Shown piece by piece: positions 33,091 to 45,793 of a stretch of DNA of 64,000 nt. Positions within the stretch are counted from its first letter, which is position 1. Each line of letters starts with the position of its first letter. The notes under the pieces were generated by a model. That model had not been told where the DNA came from, did no database searches, and saw nothing but the letters and a program-made list of their open reading frames with translations. The stretch is taken from contig CAWDVP010000004.1 in the NCBI GenBank assembly GCA_963805945.1, positions 32,001-96,000 on the forward strand, given 5' to 3'. Source of the DNA: Vulcanimicrobiota bacterium (GTDB lineage Bacteria; Vulcanimicrobiota; Vulcanimicrobiia; Eremiobacterales; Eremiobacteraceae). The position numbers were made by a program, and so were the translations under genes.

Positions 33091-34474
33091 TTAGCCCCAA
33101 CGCTCCAGTCGCGCGATGAGGTCCGGCACGATCGCTTCGTGCTCGGGCTTCATGAGCACGCAGCGGATGACGCTGCACTCTTGCTCATCCCACTCGACCG
33201 TCGGCAGCGCCTGCCGTCCGAGTTCCCGTCCGACACGCCACGTGGCGAGATAGAACGGCCGCGTCGCGTCGTGCTGGCACGCTCGGAAAAGCGCGGCCGT
33301 TCTCGCCGAGAGGGTTGACGCGTTGACGCGCTCGTTTTCGCGCATCGGCGCGAGCGTCCCGATATCAAGCTCCGGCGCGATGACCGGCGCGAGCTTGCCG
33401 CCGGCGAGGGCGCGTTCGTGCGCCGCCAGCGCGGCGCGGCGGCACGCTAAGAGGATGCCGCCCAAACCGTCGGTCGCGTGCAGCGGCAGGACGCGCAGGG
33501 TCGTCCATACCGCCGCGGCCGCCGCGCCGGCCCGCGAACATTCGAGGCTGATCTCCCCGAGGTGCAGCTCCTTCGAGGTGAAGTACGTGTAGGGCGAGTC
33601 GTGCTTGTAGAGCGCACCGACCGCCGGATCCTTGAAGATCACGCAGCCGCAGCCGTACGGCTGCAAGCCGTGTTTGTGCGGATCCACCACGATGGAATCG
33701 CATTCACCTAACGCCCGCCACGGCGCGGCGTCCATGCGCGCCTCGGGCAGCCCGGAGATGAGGGTGAAGAAGCCGCCGTACGCCGCGTCCGCGTGGACGC
33801 GCCAGCCGCGCTCGCGCGCGAGCGCGACGCACCTCGTCGATAGGATCGACCGCACCCGCAGCGGTCGTGCCGGCGGTGACGACGACGGTGCCGATGCGCT
33901 GCGCGCGTGCGTCGCCCGCGAGCGCGCCGACGTCGAGCCTGCCGCGCGCGTCGACCGGCAGCACGAGCGTCTCGACGCCGAGCAGCTCGCACATGCGCGC
34001 GTGCGTGTAGTGCGCTTCGGCCGAGAACGCGATGACGCTGTCAGGGCGCACGCGCGAGGCAACCCACAGCGCCTCGAGATTGGCGATGGTGCCGGAACTG
34101 GTGAGATGGCCGAGATGGTCCGCGCCATAGCCGAACATCGCGGCGAACGCGGCGACGACCTCACGCTCGAGCGCGGCGGTCGCCGGACCGCCGTCGAGCG
34201 CGTGGTTGTTCGGGTTGATGCGCGCCGCCGCGAGATACGCGGCGAGCGCGACGGGATGAGGCGGCGCCAGCATCTGGCCGGCGTAGTCCGGGTGGAAGAA
34301 CGGGTAGTTGTCGCGGAGGCGCTCGACGAGCGCATCGAGCGCCGCGGCGGCGACCGTGTCGTCGACGCGAGCGCTCGGTGCGGGTTCGAAGGGCCGCCAG
34401 GTCTGCTCCCAGGCGGCGATGCCGTCGAGGGCGCGCGCGAGGAGCGCGCGGAACTGCGGCGAGTCTTTGTCTAC
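33091..34474 (-). CDS. Group II PLP-dependent decarboxylase (frameshift near 33830; start uncertain)
   Basis: NYPFFHPDYAGQML, TSSGTIANLEAL, HADAAYGG, DPHK, LECSR. Confidence 0.85.
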
Positions 34475-35157
34475 TGCTGTTTCTCGCCGCTCACGAGGAT
34501 GATGGCGCGCTTATCGGAGCTCTTGAACTCGTTGACCGCGCCGATGGCGGCGCCGAGCGGCGAGCTCTTGTCGGTCATCTCGCTGATCGACATGCCGGTG
34601 CGTTGCTTGACCTGCGCGTCGATGCCTTGACGCATCGGCAGCGGCATGGAGTTGTATCTGTCGAGCAGCGCGAGCACGGGTCCGAGCTTCGTCGTGACCA
34701 GCTTCGGGTCCATGACGATGATCGTCGCGCCCTTGTTGGACCCGCTGACGAACGCCACGTAGTCGACGCCGTACTTGCGCGCTTCTGCGTGGACCGACTC
34801 GCCGCCGGGATCGCTCTTCTTCCATCCTTCGGGCGGTGCCGCGGCGACGCTCGCCAGCCATTTCGCGAGATCCGCATCCGCCGCGAGCGACGACGCGACC
34901 ACTTCGTGGCCGACGTATGTGCCTTTGCCCATCGAGGACAAGGGATTGCCGGCCTGCTGCGTCGGGTCGAGGACCTGGTGGAAGTCGCGCGTGTCGATGA
35001 TGACCGCGTCGGCGATGAGCGGCAGGCCCGTCGTGTTGGTCAATGTCGTCGCCGGCGAAGCGCCGCCTGCAGGCGCGGACGTCTGTTCCGATTGTTTGGC
35101 GCAGCCTGTGGCCAGCAGCGCGGCGCACGCGGCAGCCGCGAAAAGGCGGTAATCCAT
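34471..35157 (-). CDS. Hypothetical lipoprotein
   Basis: Lipobox LATGC after a hydrophobic N-terminus. Confidence 0.65.
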   Translation of the reverse strand: MDYRLFAAAACAALLATGCAKQSEQTSAPAGGASPATTLTNTTGLPLIADAVIIDTRDFHQVLDPTQQAGNPLSSMGKGTYVGHEVVASSLAADADLAKWLASVAAAPPEGWKKSDPGGESVHAEARKYGVDYVAFVSGSNKGATIIVMDPKLVTTKLGPVLALLDRYNSMPLPMRQGIDAQVKQRTGMSISEMTDKSSPLGAAIGAVNEFKSSDKRAIILVSGEKQQ

Positions 35158-35173
35158 GCTCACATGATCCTCT

Positions 35174-36332
35174 TCAGCGTCGTGCGATGGAGACCCATGG
35201 CAGACCCACAAGTCCGGTGTACTCGACTTGCGGTCGAATCAGACGATTGTCCTGCATCTGTTCCATCACATGCGCGGTCCAGCCGGCGGTGCGCGAGCAC
35301 GCGAACATGCAGGTGAACGTGTCGGGTTCGAGGCCGAGCGCGTACAGCGTCGGCGCCGTGTAGAATTCCACGTTGGCGTAGAGGCGCCGGCCCGGCTTCT
35401 TCTCGTCGAGCACGTGGACCGCGACGTCTTCGAGTCTGCGCGCGACCGCATACCATTGCGGTTTCCCCATGCCCTGACCGAGATCGCGCGCCATGCGTTC
35501 GAGCGGCTCCGCGCGCGGATCGCGCACTTTGTACTCGCGATGACCGATGCCCATGACGCGGCCGCCCTTGTCGACGAGCGCGCGCACATACGCCTCGGCC
35601 TTATCGGGTTCGCCGATGTCGAGGATCATCTTCATGACTTTGCCGGGCGCGCCGCCGTGCAGATCGCCCTGCAGCGTGGCGATCGCCGCGGTCACGGCGG
35701 CATACATGTCGGCCCACGTGCTCGCCGCGACGCGCGCCGCGAACGTCGAAGCGTTGAAGCCGTGATCGGCGAGCAGCACGAAGTACACGTCGAGCGCGCG
35801 CGCGGCCGTCTCGTCCGGTGGCGTGCCGTTCTTCATATAGAGGAAGTTGGCGGCGTGCGACAGGTCCTCACGCGGGGCGATCGGTTCTTCGCCGCGGCGC
35901 AGACGGTCCCACGCGGCGACCGCGGTCGCCGGCGCTTGCGGTGAGCCGGATCGCGGTGGCGATGTCGGAGACGTGCGTGCCGTCGGCACGGACGGGCACG
36001 GACAGCGAGAGCGACGACATGACCGTGCGCAGCACGTCCATCGGCCACGCCTTGCGATCGATGCCGTGCATCATCGCGAGCACGTGCTGCGGCAGCGCAC
36101 GTTGCGCCGCCATGTCGCTGCGCAATACGTCGAGCTCCGCCTGATTGGGCAGGCGCCCCGACCACAACAGATAGCAGACCTCTTCGTATGAGGCGTTGGA
36201 CGCGAGGTCGGCGATGTCGTAGCCTCGATAGGTGAGGCGTCCCTCCTGGCCGGCTACCTTGCTGATGCCGGTCGAGCCGACGATGACGCCTTCGAGGCCC
36301 GGGTCGACGGTGATGCTGCTGTCTTTGACGAT
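35174..36332 (-). CDS. gltA: Citrate (or methylcitrate) synthase (frameshift near 35930; no canonical start seen)
   Basis: GLEGV, GRLTYRGY, DHGFNASTF, LHGGA, MGIGHR..DPR, ANVEFY, RTAGWTAH. Confidence 0.9.
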
Positions 36333-36422
36333 TGGTCCTCCTTGTAAGCCCGCGGGACTTCTTGCGAGCGGGCGAAGGCACCTCGGACTTGAGAGGGCGC
36401 GGCGGGACATAACGGGGGCTGG

Positions 36423-37643
36423 GTGTGCGTCAGGTCGAAGACTGGCTTCGTGGCTCGCCCTATCAGTTCGTCGAACGGTCGCCGCCCCATGCTGTTCTTG
36501 TTCTCCGACACGGGCGGCGGGCATCGCACGGCGGCCGAAGCGATCGAAGTCGCCTGCAAACGCGCGCAGCCCGGCCAGCCCGTGCCGACCGAGATGATCG
36601 ACGCCTTTGAGGCATGCGGCATCTTCCCGCTGCGCGAGGGCATCAAGACGTATGGCGCACTGCTCAACGTGCGTCCAAGCCCGTATCCGGCGCTCTTCCA
36701 CCTTTCCAACGGCCGGACGCGCTCGCGCATTATGACAGAGCTCGGCAAACCTTTTATCCGGCGCAACTTCCGCGAGCTGCTCGAGCGCCTCAATCCGTCG
36801 CTCGTCGTCTCGGTGCATCCGCTGTTGAACGAGCTGGCGCGCGAGACGATCGACGAGCTCGGGCTGCGCGCGCCGTTCGTCACCGTCATCACCGATCTCG
36901 TCACCATCCATCATTCGTGGACGTCGGATTCGGCCGCCGATGAATACGTCGTCGCGTCGCCAGAGGCCGCGCACGTCTGCACGAGCCGCGATATCCCGGC
37001 CTCGCGCGTGCACGATCTCGGCCTGCCGATCCGCGACGGTTTCTCGCCGGCCGTCGACGCGGTCGCGGCGAAGACGCGCCTCGGTCTCGATCCGCAGCGG
37101 CGCGTGCTGCTCGTGATGTCGGGCGGCGAAGGCGGCGGCAAGCTGCGCAGCATCCTGCGCCGCGTCGCAGGCGTCGTGCGCGCGCTTAACCTTCAGGTCG
37201 TCGCCATCTGCGGACGCAACGAAGCGCTGCGCGAACAGCTGACTGCGCTCGCTCCGCGCTTAGGCCCGGGTGCGCAGGTGCACGGCTTCGTGACCAACGT
37301 CGCGGATCACATGCGCGCGGCCGACGCGCTGCTGTCCAAGGCGGGGCCCGGCACGATCGCCGAGGCGTCGGCGTGCGGTCTGCCGATCGTCGTGTGCGAT
37401 TACATCTCCGGCCAGGAAGCCGGCAATCTCGCGTACGTCGAGTCGCGCAGCGCCGGCGTCGTCGCGCTCGAGCCGTCCGACGTGAGCGCGACGCTGCGGC
37501 GGCTATTCGGATCCGACTCGGGTCCGTTGGCGAGGCTCAAAGCGGGCGCGCTCGCGAGCGCGCGGCCGCACGCGGCCGACGACATCGCGCGGTTCTTGCT
37601 TGGATTGCTCTCGCGAGCGGAGACGCGCGCAGCCGCTCGCTAA
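36423..37643 (+). CDS. MGDG synthase / UgtP-like glycosyltransferase
   Basis: SDTGGGHRTAA, SVHP, TVITD, GLPI, GGGEG, KAGPGT, GQEAGN. Confidence 0.88.
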   Translation: MCVRSKTGFVARPISSSNGRRPMLFLFSDTGGGHRTAAEAIEVACKRAQPGQPVPTEMIDAFEACGIFPLREGIKTYGALLNVRPSPYPALFHLSNGRTRSRIMTELGKPFIRRNFRELLERLNPSLVVSVHPLLNELARETIDELGLRAPFVTVITDLVTIHHSWTSDSAADEYVVASPEAAHVCTSRDIPASRVHDLGLPIRDGFSPAVDAVAAKTRLGLDPQRRVLLVMSGGEGGGKLRSILRRVAGVVRALNLQVVAICGRNEALREQLTALAPRLGPGAQVHGFVTNVADHMRAADALLSKAGPGTIAEASACGLPIVVCDYISGQEAGNLAYVESRSAGVVALEPSDVSATLRRLFGSDSGPLARLKAGALASARPHAADDIARFLLGLLSRAETRAAAR

Positions 37644-37651
37644 AAGCTTTA

Positions 37652-38122
37652 CTACTGCCTGGCCGCCGTGGGTACGGACTCCACGGGAACTATCCTCGAC
37701 GCGAAAACTTTTTCGGTGATTTTCAAATTGAGTACCAGGCCGAGTCCCGCGCTAAGGGCAAACGCCGGTAACCACCAGTGTGACGGACTACGCAAGATAA
37801 TGGGGAGCGACCCCAGACCACATGCGATGAAGAACGAAGCGAAGAACTCGATAAATAGTAAGGGGTTGCGTAATCGCAATGTCGGGCTTAGCGACCACGA
37901 CGGGCGTTGCCAGGTCGCATCGCAGAGTCCAAGTGCAACGTTGACGGCCACTGTGGCTAGCGGCCCGATCGCAAAGAAGACGAGGGGAACGAATACTAGA
38001 CCCCACGGCGGTTGACTGAGCGTCCAAACGTCAGGAGCGGTAAAGGCAAAAACAGCGTTCGTCACCACGAGGCCCGAGAAGAGCAGAATCCGGAAAGCGA
38101 ACCAAAAGGACGCTGGTTTCAC
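37652..38122 (-). CDS. Hypothetical membrane protein, lower GC than flanks
   Basis: 156-aa ORF with about 4 hydrophobic segments; visibly AT-richer codons. Confidence 0.55.
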   Translation of the reverse strand: MKPASFWFAFRILLFSGLVVTNAVFAFTAPDVWTLSQPPWGLVFVPLVFFAIGPLATVAVNVALGLCDATWQRPSWSLSPTLRLRNPLLFIEFFASFFIACGLGSLPIILRSPSHWWLPAFALSAGLGLVLNLKITEKVFASRIVPVESVPTAARQ

Positions 38123-38134
38123 GCGGCCAGACTC

Positions 38135-39085
38135 TTACGGTATCCCGTGGAGCGCGAGACACGCCGCGCCGACGATTCCCGCTTTGTTGCCCAGTTTCGC
38201 GCTGACGATCGCCGTGTGGCCCTTGGGCACCATGGTCGTCTGTTCGTCGACGAGCTGCTTCAGCGGGGTGGCGAGTAGCAGATGGTCGGTCTTGCCGACG
38301 CCGCCGCCCAATGCGATCATCTCCGGGTTGACGAACGCGACGATGTTCGCGACGCCGATCGCGAGGTCACCGAGCCATGCGCGCCACGTCGCGATGGCGT
38401 GCAGATCGCCCGCGGCGACGCCGCGCACGACCGTCTTCGAACCCCATTGCTCGTGCGGCACGCTGGTGAGCAGCGTGCTGCGGGGAAACGACGACGCGAG
38501 CCGCAGCGCGTGTCGCAGCAGCGCCGTACCGGAGGCTTGCGCCTCGAAACAGCCGATCTTGCCGCAGGTGCAGTGAAACCCGGTTACAGGTTGGATGACG
38601 TGGTGGCCGACTTCGCCGGCGCCCATCGAGTGGCCGAGCGCGAGCTTGCCGTTGCTGACGATGCCGCCGCCGATGCCCGTTCCTAGCGTGATGAGTGCGA
38701 AATCGCGCGTGCCCTTCCCGACGCCGTGCAGGTATTCGCCGATGGTGGCGCAGCGCGCGTCGTTGAGGATGTGCACCGGATGCGCGAGCTTCTTCTCGAG
38801 CTTGGCGCGCAGCGGCACGTCGTGCCAGTCGAAGTTGGGGGAGAAGCGCACCATGCCGGTGCGTTCATCGATGTTGCCGGGCGAACCGATGCCGATGCCG
38901 GCGAGCTTCTTGCCGCGGAGCGCCGTCTTCGCTCGATCGACGACTCTGGCGATCTCGTTGACGACGTACTTGACGTCATGGGCCTCAAGCTCGCGGCTGA
39001 AGACCTCGTGGACCTTGCCGCGCTCGTCGACCGGTGCTGCGGCGACGTGCGTGCCGCCGAGGTCGATGCCGATCGCCCACTTCAC
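38135..39085 (-). CDS. ROK family sugar kinase (glucokinase-like)
   Basis: GIDLGGT, NDA, TLGTGIGGG, GEVGH, CTCGKIGCFE. Confidence 0.92.
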   Translation of the reverse strand: MKWAIGIDLGGTHVAAAPVDERGKVHEVFSRELEAHDVKYVVNEIARVVDRAKTALRGKKLAGIGIGSPGNIDERTGMVRFSPNFDWHDVPLRAKLEKKLAHPVHILNDARCATIGEYLHGVGKGTRDFALITLGTGIGGGIVSNGKLALGHSMGAGEVGHHVIQPVTGFHCTCGKIGCFEAQASGTALLRHALRLASSFPRSTLLTSVPHEQWGSKTVVRGVAAGDLHAIATWRAWLGDLAIGVANIVAFVNPEMIALGGGVGKTDHLLLATPLKQLVDEQTTMVPKGHTAIVSAKLGNKAGIVGAACLALHGIP

Positions 39086-39102
39086 GCTGCCGCTCCATTC
39101 TA

Positions 39103-39189
39103 TGGTGCCCAGGACAGGACTCGAACCTGCACCGGTTTTACCCGACTAGCCCCTCAAACTAGCGCGTCTACCAATTCCGCCACCTGGGC
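39103..39189 (-). tRNA. tRNA-Leu (anticodon GAG)
   Basis: 87-nt cloverleaf GCCCAGG...CCTGGGC-A-CCA, anticodon loop TT-GAG-GG, long variable arm, TTCGAGT T-loop. Confidence 0.96.
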
Positions 39190-39256
39190 AAGGTGTCTGC
39201 TTCATATACGACTTCGCGGGGAGCCGACCTCTCGGCCGCCTAGAAAGCGCTACGAC

Positions 39257-40180
39257 TTATTGCACGTTGGGATCGAGCGCGTCGCGCAGGCCGTCGCCGA
39301 TGTAGTTGATGGCGAGCACGGTGATGAAGATGCACAGACCCGGGAAGACCGCCGCCCACCACGCGATCTGCACGTTCTCTTGCGCGTTGGCGAGCATGCT
39401 GCCCCACGACGCGGTCGGCGGCTGGATGCCGAAGCCGAGGAACGACAGCGCGGACTCCAAGATGATGATGCCGGCGACGTCCAACGTCGCTTGGACGATG
39501 ATCGGCGCGACCGCGTTGGGCAGCAGGTGTTTGAACATGATGCTCAGGTTCTTGCTGCCGATCGCGCGCGCGGCCTCGCAGAACTCCTTCTCGCGCAGGC
39601 TCAGGAACGCGCCGCGCACGAGACGCGCGACGGGCATCCACGAGAGCAGGCCGATGATCATCGCGATCGTGACGAAGTTGAGCGATGCCTTCGACGAGGT
39701 CGCGGCGACGATGCCGGTGAGCACGAGCAGCAGCGGCAGCAGCGGGATCGACAAGAACACGTCAGTGATGCGCATGAGCGCCCAGTCGAGCCAGCCGCCG
39801 AAAAAGCCGGCGAAGGCGCCGACGATGGTGCCGAGGATGACCTCGATCGCCATGGCGACGAACGCGAGCGACAACGAGATCTGCCCGCCGTACATCAGAC
39901 GCGACAGCATGTCGCGGCCGAGCTCGTCGGTGCCGAGGCTGTGCCCGTGCACGCCCAAGCCGAGCGGCGTGCCCGACCAGGCCGGGTCGATGGCGGCGGG
40001 ATCGTATGGGGCGATCCATTTCGCCAACACTGCGGCGAGCACGAAGATCAAGAACACGACGGCTCCGGCGAGCGCGAGGCGATGCCGGCTGAACTTCTTC
40101 CAGACGAGGCTGCGCGATGCGATCGCCTCGTCGTCGAAGACGGCGATCGGCGGCGGGAGCGTTCCGGATGCGACTGCCAC
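39257..40180 (-). CDS. Peptide/nickel ABC permease (DppC/OppC-like)
   Basis: LGTDELGRD, EAARAIG, HLLPN, ESALSFLG, GDGLRDALDP. Confidence 0.92.
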   Translation of the reverse strand: MAVASGTLPPPIAVFDDEAIASRSLVWKKFSRHRLALAGAVVFLIFVLAAVLAKWIAPYDPAAIDPAWSGTPLGLGVHGHSLGTDELGRDMLSRLMYGGQISLSLAFVAMAIEVILGTIVGAFAGFFGGWLDWALMRITDVFLSIPLLPLLLVLTGIVAATSSKASLNFVTIAMIIGLLSWMPVARLVRGAFLSLREKEFCEAARAIGSKNLSIMFKHLLPNAVAPIIVQATLDVAGIIILESALSFLGFGIQPPTASWGSMLANAQENVQIAWWAAVFPGLCIFITVLAINYIGDGLRDALDPNVQ

Positions 40181-40190
40181 GGCCGGCCTC

Positions 40191-41174
40191 CTAGTCGTAC
40201 TTCACGCGCGGGTCGAGCCAGCCGTAGGCCAGATCCGCGAGCAAGTTGCTCAAGACCACCAACGTCGAGATGATGATGAGGTAGCCCATGAGCAGCGAGA
40301 AGTCTTGTTGCCCGAGCGCGGTGTAGAACAAGCGGCCCATGCCCGGCCAGGCGAAGATCGTCTCGGTGATGATCGCGCCGCCGATGACGCCGGGGATGGT
40401 GAGCGCGATGACGGTGACCACCGGCATGAGGCCGTTCTTGAGCCCGTGCTTGAAGAGAATGGTGCCGAACGGCAAGCCCTTGGCCGCCGCGGTGCGCATG
40501 TAGTCGGTGTGCAGCACTTCCTGCATCGACGCGCGCGTGAAGCGCGACCAGGTCGCGACCTGGATGAGCGCGAGCACGGTCACCGGCAGCACGAGATGCG
40601 CGGCGAGATCCCAGAAGCCGCCGCCGTCGGTGGACATGACGCCCGCGGACGGCAATTGGAAGTCGATGCGGTAGCCGAAGGCCTGCACGTGGAGGCCGTT
40701 GACCGCGAAGAGCCACTGCAGCATGAGCGCGAACCAGAACGACGGCATCGACTGGCCGAAGAACGCGAAGGTCGTGACGAAGTAGTCGAGCGTCGAATAC
40801 GGCCGCAGCGCGGCGAGGATGCCGGCGATCAGACCGATGACGAGCGACACGAGGAACGCGGTCACCATGAGTTCGAGCGTCGCCGGCAGGCGTTCGAGCA
40901 GCGCCTCGGTCACCGTCGTCGAATTGAGCTGCGACCAGCCGAGATTGCCGTGGAGCACTTGGTTGAGCCAGGCCAGGTATTGCACGTAGACGGGGCGGTC
41001 GAGCCCGAGATTATGGCGCAGGCGCGCGATGTCGGCCGCGGTGAGATGCGGGTTGCCGGCATAGGCGGCCAGACCGCCGCCCGGCATCTGGTGCAAGATG
41101 AGGAACAGGATCACGCTGATGAAGATCAGCAGCGGGATCGCCTGCAGCGTGCGGCGGATGGCGTAGATCAGCAT
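40191..41174 (-). CDS. Peptide/nickel ABC permease (DppB/OppB-like)
   Basis: LGLDRP..VQY, RLPATLEL, TAAAKGL, ETIFAWPGMG, LDPRV. Confidence 0.92.
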   Translation of the reverse strand: MLIYAIRRTLQAIPLLIFISVILFLILHQMPGGGLAAYAGNPHLTAADIARLRHNLGLDRPVYVQYLAWLNQVLHGNLGWSQLNSTTVTEALLERLPATLELMVTAFLVSLVIGLIAGILAALRPYSTLDYFVTTFAFFGQSMPSFWFALMLQWLFAVNGLHVQAFGYRIDFQLPSAGVMSTDGGGFWDLAAHLVLPVTVLALIQVATWSRFTRASMQEVLHTDYMRTAAAKGLPFGTILFKHGLKNGLMPVVTVIALTIPGVIGGAIITETIFAWPGMGRLFYTALGQQDFSLLMGYLIIISTLVVLSNLLADLAYGWLDPRVKYD

Positions 41175-41192
41175 TCGTATCCCACCCTTAGA

Positions 41193-41615
41193 TCACGGGC
41201 TCGACGGGCTGGGAGGGGTGACGGGCTTGCCGTCCGGCCGGCGCACGTCGTCGGCCACCACCCACCCATACCGTCCACGATTCGGACCCTTGTTCAGCTT
41301 GACGCCGACCAGGTCCACGTCTGTTTTCCCGTATTGCGGCCGTACCGCCGACGGACGGCAGTCGATGACGATCGCCGAGGTGCCCGGGTGCGCGAGGAGC
41401 GTATGCCGTAGCACGCTCTCCGTGTCGTAGTTGCCCTGCTCGTAGGCGATGAGATGGGCCGCCGAATCCCACACGAAGACGTCGGGATCGAGGCCTTGCG
41501 AAGCGAGCACGATGGGATCCCCTCGCGACACCACGCACGCCGCCACCGGTCCTGCGACGCCGACGAGCGCTATAAGGATAAGACCCGCAACGGTGCTCCG
41601 CCACACGACCAGCAT
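41193..41615 (-). CDS. Secreted hypothetical protein
   Basis: Signal-peptide-like N-terminus; C-terminal GP..GRYGWV. Confidence 0.55.
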   Translation of the reverse strand: MLVVWRSTVAGLILIALVGVAGPVAACVVSRGDPIVLASQGLDPDVFVWDSAAHLIAYEQGNYDTESVLRHTLLAHPGTSAIVIDCRPSAVRPQYGKTDVDLVGVKLNKGPNRGRYGWVVADDVRRPDGKPVTPPSPSSP

Positions 41616-41666
41616 GCGGTTGGCGAGGTTCGCTGTCCCGCGCACCGCATCCCGCCTAGGGCCTAT

Positions 41667-41731
41667 GTAGGGGTCGATCTTCAGATCGACCCGCGTCGAG
41701 CAAGGGCCGACCTAAAGGTCGGCCCCTACAT
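41667..41731. repeat. Inverted pair of REP family 1 copies (REPIN-like)
   Basis: GTAGGGGTCGATCTTCAGATCGACCC, 11-nt spacer, GGGCCGACCTAAAGGTCGGCCCCTAC. Confidence 0.85.
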
Positions 41732-41745
41732 GCGCCTTGGGCGGG

Positions 41746-44509
<2,764 letters not shown>

Positions 44510-44547
44510 GATGGCATGAGTTTTCGGCGGCGAATCTGCGCGGGCCT

Positions 44548-44981
44548 ATGCGGCAAGGATTCGGCGCCGGTATCGGCGCAACGGCCTTGACACATTGGTT
44601 CAACGTGGCAACCCGCTCGCATGGGCCTCGCTCGGCGCGGGCGCGATCATCAGCTGTCTCGTCGCCGGCTTCGAGGCGGCGGCATGGGCGCATACCGACA
44701 AGACCGAGAAGATCGTCGGCTTCTTCGCGCTCGCGGTGTGCGTGCTCGGCATCGATTCGCTGATGAAGGCGCGCAGCGGCATGCAGATCGTCACCGCCGG
44801 CCCGGTCAAGCTGCGGCTGCTCGCCGCCGGGCTGCTCACCGCGCTCGCGCTCGTGCTGCTCGGCGTGCAGATCAGCGCGACCGGTTTCGCTTTCAACGTC
44901 CGCCTCATGTTCGATGCGGTGTTCTTCTCGATCGGATTGGTGATGCTTGGCCAAGCTCTCTTCAGCGCAGCGACTCGCTAG
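44548..44981 (+). CDS. Hypothetical membrane protein (start uncertain)
   Basis: ORF 44595..44981 has about 4 hydrophobic segments; probable upstream frameshift. Confidence 0.5.
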
Positions 44982-45730
44982 ACTCGTCGCGTTCGCGCCG
45001 GCGGCCGCGTTCGCGCTTGGCGACCGCCCTGCCGGCGCCGGCCGACGCGGCGAACACCTTCGCGCCGACCGCGTACCTCGAGTATGCCGGCCTATGGGGC
45101 GACACGTACAACGGCGTGACCACCGACGACGGCGATCATCTCGCTGGATCGTATACGGCGCTGGGACGTGTCGACTACGGACGTTTCACGGCGTCGCTCA
45201 TGTTCCAACGGGTCTCGACGCGCAGCGTCACCAACGCGACGACGCCCGCCGGCGCACCAGGCACGGCGCTCGCGTATCCATCAGGCCAAGTGATCGTGCC
45301 GCTCTTCACCGCCGTGAATTCAGAATCGGAGATCCGGCTCGAGTACGAGCCGCCGGCATGGCCGGTGTATCTCGGGCTCGCGTATTCGCTCTCGTCGAAC
45401 AACTACAATTTCCCGGCGCTCAAGGCGTTCGGCGTCGGCGTCGAGCTCCAGCCGAACCCGCGCCACGCGCTCAGCCCCTACGGCTCCTACTTCTATTTCC
45501 CGAATCAGACCGGCACATATCCGCTCGCCGATCCGAACAACCCGAACAGCGGCTCGTATCAATCATCCTATCGCGCGAATGAATTGACGCTTGGCGCAAG
45601 CTTGCGGATCCCGCGGACGCATCTGACGCTCGTTGGCGGCTACAAGCAGACGACCAACGTGGCGCGCGTCAGCAGCTTCAACTTCGTGCAGGACGGGCCG
45701 TTCCTCGGCCTTGGGTATCGTTTGCGCTAG
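44947..45730 (+). CDS. Putative outer-membrane beta-barrel protein (frameshift in signal peptide)
   Basis: Alternating aromatic beta-strand pattern; C-terminal GPFLGLGYRLR. Confidence 0.5.
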
Positions 45731-45793
45731 GTACAGAAAGGTCTCGGAAGCTCGAGACGTCGGACCGCTACAGGTATGTCCCTCTATAGACGT

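Noticed and set aside
39103..39189. tRNA-Leu as a genomic island attachment site
   Set aside because: No integrase and no duplicated tRNA 3' end seen in the window
39257..41174. Orphan dppBC lacking binding protein and ATPases
   Set aside because: Split peptide-ABC loci are common; partners are probably elsewhere in the genome
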